DNA from: a virus
Direction: 5' to 3' (one strand)
Virus record (IMG/VR): IMGVR_UViG_3300042090_000646
Span: 1 to 64,000 of that record
Length of the DNA: 64,000 bases
Both the position numbers and the translations under genes were made by a program. The notes beneath the pieces were generated by a model. The model was not told the DNA's origin. It worked only from the letters and a program-made list of their open reading frames with translations, and did not search any database. Below, in pieces: positions 7,501 through 14,775 of the stretch. Numbering within the stretch: position 1 is the stretch's first letter; each line of letters opens with the position of its first letter.

Positions 7501-10434
7501 GCTGTCCCCGGCGTCCCCGTCCTCCGGGGCGATCCCGGCGCCGAGGTTGACCGTGGCAATCTCCGGGTCAATCTTGGGCGGCTCGGGGCCCAGCTTGGAC
7601 AGGGCGGCCTCGAACTTGGCCCGGTGGCTGTCGCCCTGCTGCTGGTGCCAGAAGTCCTTGAGCCCCTGGACGTGGCTATGGGTCAGCTCCCCGACCGGAA
7701 TGTAGGCGGCCTGGAGGCGGGGATCCTGGGCCAGGGCCCGGTGCATTGCCTCATGGAAATTGGGATCCTCTTGCACCCGCTGGCCCTGAAGGGTCTGCCC
7801 GGACTCCTCGGGGTTGGCCTTGAAATAGCCGTCCATCATGGGCGCCAGGTAACCGGCCAGGTCGTCGGCGTTGGCGGCAACTCCGTCCTTGTGCAGGGGG
7901 ACCAGCTCGGCCAGAACCTGGTGCAGGGCCTCCGGGTCGGCGACCTGAGTGGAATAGGCGCTGGCCACGATGTCCTCGGGTCTTTCCCCATCGGCGAGCC
8001 GGGCTCCCATCCAGGTCTTGAGCTTGACCTTCATGGCCTCGGGGCCGTCCCCGTCCTGTATGCCATGCTGCCGCTGGAACTCGGGCAGCTCCAGCTCGGG
8101 GTTGGAGTAGCGGTCGGCGAGCCGGTTGGCGAACCCCGGTGGAATCCAGTTCTCCTCATCCTGCTGGCCACCCTTGATGGACAGGGCCGCCTCCCGCTCG
8201 CCCAGGGCCGCGCAGTCGACCGGATGGATCAGCGCGTCCATGGCTTCGCCTTTGGCGGTCAGGATCGCCTCGCCGTCCTCATGCTCAATGGTGTAGCTGC
8301 CCTCGGGCATCCCCAGGGCGGCGGCGGTGAGGATGGCCTTCTCCGGGGTCATCCGGCCAAGGGGGATGCTCTGCTCGTTCCGGGGGGTGCCCTCGAGGGC
8401 GGCGATCAGGGCGGCGCGGGCTTCCAGGCGCCCCAGGGCGCCCCCCAGCATCCGCCGGGCCTCCTCTAGGGCGCCCACCTTGTTCTTCTGGATCTCGACG
8501 GCGGTGGGGAGGTCGTGGGCCACCTCCACCAACTCCTGGTCGTATTCGGCGGCCTTGGCGCGGAGGGCCTGGGCGTCCTCGGTTACCTTAGGCAATACCT
8601 CCTCCTGCTCCTTGAGATGGTGATGCTCCAGGGCCTCCAGGACCGCTTGCTGGTCCTCATGGCTGAAGTTCTGCCGGATGCCCCTGGCGACGATCTGCGC
8701 GGCGGCCTCCGGCCCCAGGCACTCGACCACGTCCCGGTCGATCAGGCCCTGTCCCAGGGCCGCCAGCCCAACATCGTGGAGGAGGTCGAAGGCCCCGGCC
8801 CCCCGGCTCTGGTGCATCCCTTCCAGTTCATTGCTTTTGAATGGGTCGATCTCGCTGTTCTCTGGCCACCGCTCGCCGACCTCCTCCAGGAATCCCCGGA
8901 CATGGTCGGTCAGGAGCTGTTCGTGGAGGGACTGGACCAGGGCCTCATGCTCGTCCGGGGTGGAGACTGCCATCTGGTAGCCGGGCTCGAAGGTGATCCC
9001 CTTGCGTTTGGCGAGCTGCTCCTTGTAGACGCCCCGGAGGGCCTGGCGGGCCTTCAGGATGCGGGCGTAGTCCTTGTTGGCATCCAGGGCGGCCTTGACC
9101 GCCTCCACGGCGGCGGCGGTCTTCTGCGCGGCCAGCTCCTTGGTCGCCTTGTGAACCTCCATGTTGGCTGCCAGGGCCTCCGGGGTCTGCCCGGCCTTGG
9201 CGCCCTTGGGCGCCTTTCCCAGGAGCGCCCGGACCTCATCCACCTTGGCCATAAGCTTCTCGGTGGTCATCCCGGCCTTGGCCGCCCGCTCCGCCAACTT
9301 CTGGTCATAGCCGGGGCCGCCCTTGGGACCGGCCTCGGCCAGGATCTGTTCCAGGTCCATGGGCGCGGAGGAGCCCACCACAGAGAGCCCTGCGGCACCC
9401 CTGGCCTCGGCGTCCAGCATGACCTTCTTCTCGACGTCGGCGGCGACCTTTTTGGCCTCCCGGAGGAGGGTCCGGTGCAGCTCGGCCTGGGCCTTCGGGT
9501 CCTCGGCCTGGCCGTCCTGGGCGGCCTCGGGGCCCAATGTCTCCTTGATGAAATCCTTCTCGGCCTTTCTGCGCTCCGCCCGGCCGCCCTCGGTGGCCTC
9601 CTTCTCCTTGGCCAGCTCGTCCGGGGTCAGGCTGGCCTTGCGCTTCATTTCTGCCTCGCGCCTCATCTTGGCGTTGGCCTTGGAAGTCTCCTTCCACTTA
9701 GCCGGGTCCAGCTTGTTGAGTCGGAGCCCGTTGAGCTTCCCTTTGGCCCCGCCGATCACCCGCGCAGTTCCATGGCTGCCGGGGATCATGTGGATCAGGA
9801 CCGGGGTGGCCTTGCCGTCGCCGTGGTGCATGGCGATCCAGTGGTCTCCCGGCTGGAGCGGGGGATGGTCTCCGCCCTTGGCGATGGTCCGGGTGGAATT
9901 CTCGTCGGAAAGCCATTCCTTGAATTCATCAATCGAGTGTTCGGCGATAGAGCCCAGCCCGCGCCAGCCCGGAGAGTAGTTGTCCAGGTAGCCACCGGCC
10001 GCCTCGGGCGCGGAGTCCCAGCCAAGCATGACCTTGTGCTCATCAAATTCGCCAGAAGTGGGGTCCACTTGGTTGACGATAAACACGCGGTCGCTAGCCG
10101 TATTGGGGCCGATGAAGACGTCCACCCCATCCCCGTCCGCCCCAATCCGGCGTTCGCAGAATCCGTAATGATTGACCATTCTTACGGACCATTTGGTCCC
10201 GTTTGGATCCACCCCGCTCCGGATACTCCCAGCGGGGTTCTCAATGGCAATGGGGATACCCTGAACGACCAGGTGCCCCCGTTTGCCGCCCTCCCATGGC
10301 TCGGCCTTGGCCGCCTGGGCGTCGATGTCCGGAGAGGTGAATGGCTTGGGCTTGATCTCCGGGAACCACCCCACCGGCATCATCCAGCCGGTCTCTCCGG
10401 TGTCCTGGTCGGTGAAGGCGATGCCGGTGGTCAT
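4510..10434 (-). CDS. Giant polyvalent protein: inorganic pyrophosphatase-like domain plus intein-interrupted SF2 (SNF2-like) helicase
   Basis: IENPAGSIRSG..HYG..GADGDGVDVFIG..FDEHKVMLG (PPase-like); Walker A YGAG/SGKT split by intein; DEAH; ATG motif III; QRTARIWRVGQ motif VI. Confidence 0.9.
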   Translation of the reverse strand: MTTGIAFTDQDTGETGWMMPVGWFPEIKPKPFTSPDIDAQAAKAEPWEGGKRGHLVVQGIPIAIENPAGSIRSGVDPNGTKWSVRMVNHYGFCERRIGADGDGVDVFIGPNTASDRVFIVNQVDPTSGEFDEHKVMLGWDSAPEAAGGYLDNYSPGWRGLGSIAEHSIDEFKEWLSDENSTRTIAKGGDHPPLQPGDHWIAMHHGDGKATPVLIHMIPGSHGTARVIGGAKGKLNGLRLNKLDPAKWKETSKANAKMRREAEMKRKASLTPDELAKEKEATEGGRAERRKAEKDFIKETLGPEAAQDGQAEDPKAQAELHRTLLREAKKVAADVEKKVMLDAEARGAAGLSVVGSSAPMDLEQILAEAGPKGGPGYDQKLAERAAKAGMTTEKLMAKVDEVRALLGKAPKGAKAGQTPEALAANMEVHKATKELAAQKTAAAVEAVKAALDANKDYARILKARQALRGVYKEQLAKRKGITFEPGYQMAVSTPDEHEALVQSLHEQLLTDHVRGFLEEVGERWPENSEIDPFKSNELEGMHQSRGAGAFDLLHDVGLAALGQGLIDRDVVECLGPEAAAQIVARGIRQNFSHEDQQAVLEALEHHHLKEQEEVLPKVTEDAQALRAKAAEYDQELVEVAHDLPTAVEIQKNKVGALEEARRMLGGALGRLEARAALIAALEGTPRNEQSIPLGRMTPEKAILTAAALGMPEGSYTIEHEDGEAILTAKGEAMDALIHPVDCAALGEREAALSIKGGQQDEENWIPPGFANRLADRYSNPELELPEFQRQHGIQDGDGPEAMKVKLKTWMGARLADGERPEDIVASAYSTQVADPEALHQVLAELVPLHKDGVAANADDLAGYLAPMMDGYFKANPEESGQTLQGQRVQEDPNFHEAMHRALAQDPRLQAAYIPVGELTHSHVQGLKDFWHQQQGDSHRAKFEAALSKLGPEPPKIDPEIATVNLGAGIAPEDGDAGDSPEWTKWSAQRAALEAEYKESADKPTAWDQFVKDHQGTKGALGAIQEQMKGTLNEGFADHYHHVTGRQLQTAKVGERTGLGTALENQIRSLMPAAAAPFAGRKGTVKVDEGIHMSGKYAAQQRAVKAITQLKRMGLFYGAGCVYGGTRLHCEVTGQDRTFFDWWLSGERPVVASMAEDGQVVTQKASPVFVKGYEEMLRIRCSNGSEIFVTPRHLFLGVTGWVHAGDLICGSRIMGAPEGGDTTRDETLDQITRMIHPVCVPASGFALPVSLAPPASIPVQEFSLSPTDPSFVAGRLRDALASIPSELGYADGFEQALLGSILGCVPSVPLEGGQSFCHISPDFQGNCSACLRPDEGQPLGAQGDGQESPPSQGDVPGHTPQSSHRGDLGYGAGHTRSCRECAPPSRTHSTCPDMQKAHDEGSHDASGGKESLSHPHQTAVQSGSNSSLHRDRGDEVPRLKSEPSSMVGLLAWVSVLSVESAGFQVVFDITVPDSHTYIAQGLVNHNSGKTGIMLGALTTLHHDGKLKKAILAVPSVVQGQFGAESIRFVDPSTGFHVHARPGESYEQRLAAYRDPDQHAIVVTHQTLRDDTLQILGDHLGKGPEGARDFLMNTPPKEAAAAVKEAFTKAGIDFNALMVDEAHGALDREGKVDSVLSKVMDAHSHNSDYVTMATGDPLKNDVSEVWSNLNKIDPHRYPPESKDEFLRRFKNNTPLAKKSMAQELSRYWFNGRVDPGKDCYKSNLDVPLTDKQKAAVDQVELASGKLRTGAPDALKWARILAPKSFEGKPEADHAAIAERVRKAVGTMRESAMNRIINLDPEGGKMAEHVRIAKERIAQGKPVVIFSHNLQAVRAIQAAMEKAGIKATSLTGKDSSKDKAAKATAFNSGQADVIVMSDAGATGLNLQHGKCLIHHDLPATAMCHNQRTARIWRVGQKDNVESITLMADSPWEKNNMERVKHKGVLGEIFQDPTDYLDDAGLAGDLKAIRARAAQNKAA
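5983..7080 (-). mobile_element. Intein (366 aa) in helicase Walker A
   Basis: Cys1 (CVYGGT), block B TPRH, block F VFDITV, terminal HN then Ser+1; removal restores GAGSGKT. Confidence 0.93.
6087..6749 (+). CDS. HNH homing-endonuclease-like protein, antisense and nested in the intein
   Basis: AAGGA RBS; N-terminal HTH (MSSTQIGRLFDVDGSVILYHL); GYV..HP..GYVREHRLVMEEILGR..EVVPHRDGDKQNNSPENL; three WTPE repeats. Confidence 0.9.
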   Translation: MPKGRPCSKVLISDEELRRLYHDVGMSSTQIGRLFDVDGSVILYHLKRRGIPRREPSACLGKLNGSWRGGRILDKNGYVLLHTPNHPDANSGGYVREHRLVMEEILGRRLGPQEVVPHRDGDKQNNSPENLEIYGKNSDHLREELMGRIPEWTPEGLARIRQHIPAPMVWTPERHEAARQRMRDRWAKGKIPGRVWTPEEREKQAERTQKRARKPDGSFE

Positions 10435-10525
10435 GGGTGCCTCAAAAATTAGGCTTGAAAATTCAGGGGGGAGATAGCATCCTTCTGGTCAGGGAACCCG
10501 GCCTGAAGACTAGAAAAACGCCGGG

Positions 10526-10602
10526 CTGGTCGGGAGGGTCACCCAAGGGTGGCTATTCTATGTGGGGGAGCCGGAGGTCGATCCGGGTTGGCGTCCCACC
10601 AG
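10526..10602. other. Predicted multi-stem RNA structure just past the PBECR-like stop codon
   Basis: Closing stem ctggt(c)ggga/tccc-accag encloses hairpins gtcaccc/gggtggc and ccgga/tccgg. Confidence 0.45.
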
Positions 10603-10604
10603 GT

Positions 10605-11174
10605 TCATGGGTTCCCACTGATTTTCAAATAACGCCCAAGGTTGAGCGTAGTTGAATCGACCAAGCCGCCGCTTCGGAGTGAGTTCAGGGTGCCCATACC
10701 TTTCTCCGTGAAGTTGACCCGCACCACGAACTTCTGCCTGACGGTGTCACCTGCCTCGTAGACATAGATCAGGCTGGGATCTTCCTTATCCCACAGGATG
10801 GCCTTCGGGTTGGCCAGGGTTGTAGGCAGTCCCTTGATGGCCTCCAGTCCGACTCCACGGCCTTTGGACGCCTTCCATTCGCTCAGGATATGTTGGATCC
10901 GGCTCCTGGTTGCCACAATGTCATTCGTGGCCAAAGGGGCCTTCTTGTTATTGGCCATCCAGGAACGGACAATCTCGTTCACTTCTCCGATCACCGCTGC
11001 GTCTTTCATGCCTGCCGTCCCGGTGGCAACCTGATCTACCCATCTTTCCCATTCGGCTTGGTGCTGCGGAATGGTGTGGTGGGGCTGGACCTTGTTATGG
11101 ACCCAGACGATGGCTCCGCGTCGATGCTGGGTGTAATCCGACTTGGCCACAGGTCGGCTACCTGTGGATGACAT
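10605..11174 (-). CDS. PBECR-like (barnase/EndoU/colicin E5-D/RelE-like) nuclease
   Basis: LANPKAILWDK..LIYVY..KFVVRVNF..NSLRSG pattern; GGAGG RBS at 11174 (alternative start 11222). Confidence 0.65.
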   Translation of the reverse strand: MSSTGSRPVAKSDYTQHRRGAIVWVHNKVQPHHTIPQHQAEWERWVDQVATGTAGMKDAAVIGEVNEIVRSWMANNKKAPLATNDIVATRSRIQHILSEWKASKGRGVGLEAIKGLPTTLANPKAILWDKEDPSLIYVYEAGDTVRQKFVVRVNFTEKGMGTLNSLRSGGLVDSTTLNLGRYLKISGNP

Positions 11175-11221
11175 GTGCGCCTCCGTGGCGAGCTGCCAGA
11201 GCAGGAACCCTGCCGGTTCCA

Positions 11222-11776
11222 TCAGTCCACCAGGTCGGTCTTGGGATCGACTTTCCTCCGCTTGGGTTCGTCGTGCCCCGGGAGAGTCAGTTCCTTGCCG
11301 GGAAGCCTGAAGCCGTTTCTCTTGTGGGGGACGTCGGTGCCCTGAGAGAAAGGTGGATCGTCCCCCTCCTCCAGAAGGCCCTGGCGCGTGGCCTGCCCAT
11401 AAGCATCCGTGGCCTCCTGCCAGTTAAGAAATCCGTCCGGCATCTTGCCGACCCGACCCGGAGTTTCGGGGTCCAGGATGCTGGCCTTCAGGATGGTGCG
11501 CTCGGACTCGGGGACTGGACGACCGTCGTCCATCCATTCCAGGAGCCGGGTAGCCATGGCACGGCCGCGCTTGCTGTCGCCCTGGCTGGACTTAAGGATG
11601 GTGCGGAGACGGTCCATGGGCATCCCTGCCATCACGGCGCCATGGATGGCCTCGGCGGCACCGGCACTCTCCGGGAGGTCCTGGAGGGCCTTGAGCATGG
11701 TCCTGGGCGTTTGGGTAGCCATGGCCAGGGCGCGAATGGCTGCAAGAAATCGGATTTCGAGAGAACGGGTATCCAT
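11222..11776 (-). CDS. Hypothetical protein with repeated LK[A/S] sites
   Basis: GGAG RBS; MLKA, ILKS, ILKA. Confidence 0.7.
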   Translation of the reverse strand: MDTRSLEIRFLAAIRALAMATQTPRTMLKALQDLPESAGAAEAIHGAVMAGMPMDRLRTILKSSQGDSKRGRAMATRLLEWMDDGRPVPESERTILKASILDPETPGRVGKMPDGFLNWQEATDAYGQATRQGLLEEGDDPPFSQGTDVPHKRNGFRLPGKELTLPGHDEPKRRKVDPKTDLVD

Positions 11777-11806
11777 GGTGTCTCCGGATGCTGCGGGGCT
11801 GCTGGC

Positions 11807-12331
11807 TTAGAAGGTGGAGCAGGAGACCCTGTGCCAGAGGTTGGTTCCGTAGCAGAAGTAGAGGTAGCTAGCGTCCGCCGCCATCTGCCCCCTCACTCCC
11901 GAGGAAGTGGCCGTGGTGGGGGGAGTGGTGAGGAAGGAGACGGTGGCCTGCTGCCACGTCCCGGAGGACTGATAGGTCATCTCGGCACCGATGTCCTGGA
12001 CGTAGAACTGCATCCCTACCTTGGGCATCACGAAATCCCATTCATTCTGGTAGGGGCAGGGCACACCATCCTTGACGATGGCCGGATTGCAGATGGCCAG
12101 ATTCCCGGCCTGCCCGGACCAGACGCCCGTGGCACCCGTGGGGACGATATACATATCGCCCTGGTTGGGACCGACGGGGGGAGTGACGGTTGAGGCACTC
12201 TTGGGGCCGCCGTGCAGGATGGCGTCCAGGAGCATCATGGCGGAAGAGATGTCGCCGTTGGCTCCGACCATGGTGGGGAGTTTCAGGGAGGGAGTGACCT
12301 TGTTGGGGGTCTGGGTGGCAAGAATAGGCAT
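11807..12331 (-). CDS. DUF2793-like virion protein
   Basis: TPPVGPNQGDMYIVPTGATGVWSGQAGNLA; AAGGAG RBS. Confidence 0.8.
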   Translation of the reverse strand: MPILATQTPNKVTPSLKLPTMVGANGDISSAMMLLDAILHGGPKSASTVTPPVGPNQGDMYIVPTGATGVWSGQAGNLAICNPAIVKDGVPCPYQNEWDFVMPKVGMQFYVQDIGAEMTYQSSGTWQQATVSFLTTPPTTATSSGVRGQMAADASYLYFCYGTNLWHRVSCSTF

Positions 12332-12421
12332 GGGCGGCTCCTTGGCGGGTTCGGGTCCTAGAATCCTCACCGTGCCAGGGAGTCCGCCCTGTTCCGTGTC
12401 TGGCCCAGCCCTATCCGGCCC

Positions 12422-12814
12422 CTATCGCCGCATAAAACTGCCCTCATCCCATTCATCCCAAGGGAGAAACTCGGCACCGGCCGAGGGACTGGGAAACAGC
12501 CTCGATCTCTGGAGGGCGTTCATTGCGGACCAGCATCGCAGATAGGCATCGTGGCGATCACCCTCCCGCACACTCGATTTAAAATTGCAGTAATCGATGT
12601 TCATGACTTCCTCAGCCATGACACTGGCGATGATCTTGCGCGGAATTAGACTGCGGAATCGGTAATCTCGGTTGGGTGTCTCCTTCACCCTGGCCTTTGG
12701 AAACACGCGCTCGATATCTCCCTTTACCCGCGCCCGCACCAGGAGTCTCCCCTTGGGGTCCGGGATCGTGGTCTCCACGATAGATAGGAACGCTCGATTA
12801 AGACACACCCACAT
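12422..12814 (-). CDS. Conserved-looking phage hypothetical protein
   Basis: GGAGG RBS; LLVRAR..DYRFR..IDYCNFK; TTGACT-16-CATATT upstream. Confidence 0.75.
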   Translation of the reverse strand: MWVCLNRAFLSIVETTIPDPKGRLLVRARVKGDIERVFPKARVKETPNRDYRFRSLIPRKIIASVMAEEVMNIDYCNFKSSVREGDRHDAYLRCWSAMNALQRSRLFPSPSAGAEFLPWDEWDEGSFMRR

Positions 12815-12942
12815 TCACACCTCCACAAAGCGGTTGCAGCCGCACAACCAATATGTGCCATTTGGCCCTAAAGTCAAGGGGTTGATTTAGAGGCTTGCCA
12901 GGGATCACCCATGGGGGATCCTGTCCTTTTCGGAGGTGTCAC

Positions 12943-13113
12943 ATGCTGAACTTCTTCTATGGTGTCATCGCTGGCCTGGTCGTGGGCATCCCTGCCGGCG
13001 GCTTCATCTTGCGCCGGAACCCGGCCAAGGCCGGTGCGGTCCTGACTGGCATCCAGGCAGCCGGAGCCCAGGCCCAGGCGGATACCGCCAAGATCGAGGC
13101 TGCCGCCAAGTAG
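12943..13113 (+). CDS. Small single-TM protein (56 aa)
   Basis: GGAGGT RBS; hydrophobic N-terminus; followed by a terminator. Confidence 0.7.
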   Translation: MLNFFYGVIAGLVVGIPAGGFILRRNPAKAGAVLTGIQAAGAQAQADTAKIEAAAK

Positions 13114-13157
13114 ATCACCGGGGCGTCTGCCCCATTCCCCGCCAGAGGATCTCTGGT

Positions 13158-13185
13158 GCCCCTGGGGCTCTACAGGGGCTTTTTT
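13158..13185 (+). terminator. Intrinsic terminator
   Basis: gcccctg-8 nt-caggggc followed by tttttt. Confidence 0.75.
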
Positions 13186-13189
13186 ATGC

Positions 13190-14317
13190 CTAGAACCCCA
13201 GTTCCTCCCACCAGTTGGCTGGTTCCGTGAAGTCACCGGAGGAAGTGCCCTTGGGTAGTGGGATGGTCCATTTCGGTTTGGGCGCGGGCCCGGCGCCAAG
13301 GGCCTCCGCGAGACCATAATCTGGGTCCTTGTGCAAAACGTTATAGAGCAGACTTCGGGGCACCAGGGAAACGGCCTGGGTTTCCCAGCCACAGTCGGAG
13401 GGGGTCCCTCCAACCCGCTTGGCTGTGTAGTATCGGGCGGTGGTGGTGGAGCGTTCCACATCCATGAGCCAGCCGGTGATCTGGACCTTCAGGCCGCTCT
13501 CCTCGAAGGCTTCACGGATGGCGGTTGCCTGGAGTGGGTCGTCGGCATCGACATGGCCCTTGGGAAATGTCGCTCTATATCCCCCAAAGCCGTTGGAGGG
13601 GTGGATGATCCAAATCCGACCATCCGGTTCTTCGATAATGACTCCAGCAGCGGGAGCCTTCTTGGCGTCAAGGGCCGGCTCATCCAGCCAGGGGTCCTGG
13701 CCGTCGACTTCAGCCCATGCCTCGTCTGTGGTGGGATGGTCCGTCCAAGGAGCCAGCTTCACCTTGTTGAGGGTCTTGGGCGCGTCTCCGCCAGGAAGGA
13801 AGGTGGCAATGGCATCCTTGTCCTTCCAGGTATCGTCTCCGGTGGCTTGTGAAGGTTCCCTGATGTAGGCGTCGTTTCCGTGTTCGTCCTTCTTGGGGTG
13901 CAGCTTGGCATGGGGGTTGTTTTTCAGAAACAGATCCAGCTTCTCTTCGTGGGTCAGTTTGGGAAGAAGGGGCGCTTGGGAATGGTCTTCCTTGTGCCAG
14001 ACCCAGGGCTTCTTGGGAGCGGGCTGGGCCGGGGTTTCGCTCACCTTGCCGTATTTGTTGGGCGCCTTGAATGGTTCAGACCAGGCTCCCGGTTTGGTGG
14101 TGCCGAAATGGTTGTCCTTCCATGGCTGATCCGGATGATGGTGAATTTTGTCGTCTGGGTTCTTGATGACCGGCACGGGCCCGGGGTTGATTGGCTTGAG
14201 CTGCTTAGGGGCGTTCTTGAGTGGCTCCGGAGCGGCTGCTGCCCGCTTGTCATCATGCTCCGGAACCCACACCCGCTTGCCATTGAAGTTGCGAAAGAAC
14301 CCTTTGACTTCCCTCAT
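13190..14317 (-). CDS. Nudix hydrolase with Pro/Lys-rich N-terminal extension
   Basis: Nudix box GHVDADDPLQATAIREAFEESGL; TGATG coupling to upstream gene. Confidence 0.88.
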   Translation of the reverse strand: MREVKGFFRNFNGKRVWVPEHDDKRAAAAPEPLKNAPKQLKPINPGPVPVIKNPDDKIHHHPDQPWKDNHFGTTKPGAWSEPFKAPNKYGKVSETPAQPAPKKPWVWHKEDHSQAPLLPKLTHEEKLDLFLKNNPHAKLHPKKDEHGNDAYIREPSQATGDDTWKDKDAIATFLPGGDAPKTLNKVKLAPWTDHPTTDEAWAEVDGQDPWLDEPALDAKKAPAAGVIIEEPDGRIWIIHPSNGFGGYRATFPKGHVDADDPLQATAIREAFEESGLKVQITGWLMDVERSTTTARYYTAKRVGGTPSDCGWETQAVSLVPRSLLYNVLHKDPDYGLAEALGAGPAPKPKWTIPLPKGTSSGDFTEPANWWEELGF

Positions 14318-14775
14318 CACCCCTCCCCAGTCAGGAGGAACTTCACAGCACTCTGGGTCACCGTCTGGAGCTGGGCGCCGACCTGGCCCTTCCAGGTTCC
14401 GGTGTGGAGATCGTTGGCGGCCTGGATGACCTGGGTGGAGAGCCAGAGGAAAAACGCTTCTCCAGGATCCTGATTGCCGTTCTCGAACTTGACGGCGGCC
14501 CGGATGTGGGCGCCCAGGCGGTTGGGGGAGTTCCATTCGGTAACGTAGTAGGCTGGGTCGTTGCCCATAAAGGCCCGGCCCAGGGCTGTGGCCTTGGCCC
14601 GGATGGCGTCCATGGATGCCTCCCTGGTGGCCTCCTCGCGCCCGAAGGCTTCGTAGTCCTTTAGAACATCCATGATGAATTTCTGGACCAGGACGGTCAC
14701 GTCACCAAGGGTGCAGAGTGCGACCTTGCCCCCGGGTTCGTGCTGGAAATTGAGCCCTTCGCGGAACTCGCTCAT
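14317..14775 (-). CDS. Hypothetical protein coupled between kinase-ART and Nudix genes
   Basis: ATGA and TGATG overlaps. Confidence 0.75.
   Translation of the reverse strand: MSEFREGLNFQHEPGGKVALCTLGDVTVLVQKFIMDVLKDYEAFGREEATREASMDAIRAKATALGRAFMGNDPAYYVTEWNSPNRLGAHIRAAVKFENGNQDPGEAFFLWLSTQVIQAANDLHTGTWKGQVGAQLQTVTQSAVKFLLTGEG

Noticed and set aside
8515-10452. Long + strand ORFs opposite real genes (also 4624-5925, 6862-8469, 15708-17738, 2015-3178)
   Set aside because: Mirror-frame ORFs expected from high GC3; no motifs, unlike the nested HNH
10532-10601. Canonical tRNA gene
   Set aside because: Acceptor stem mismatched, no anticodon arm, no TTC T-loop; kept only as a structured element
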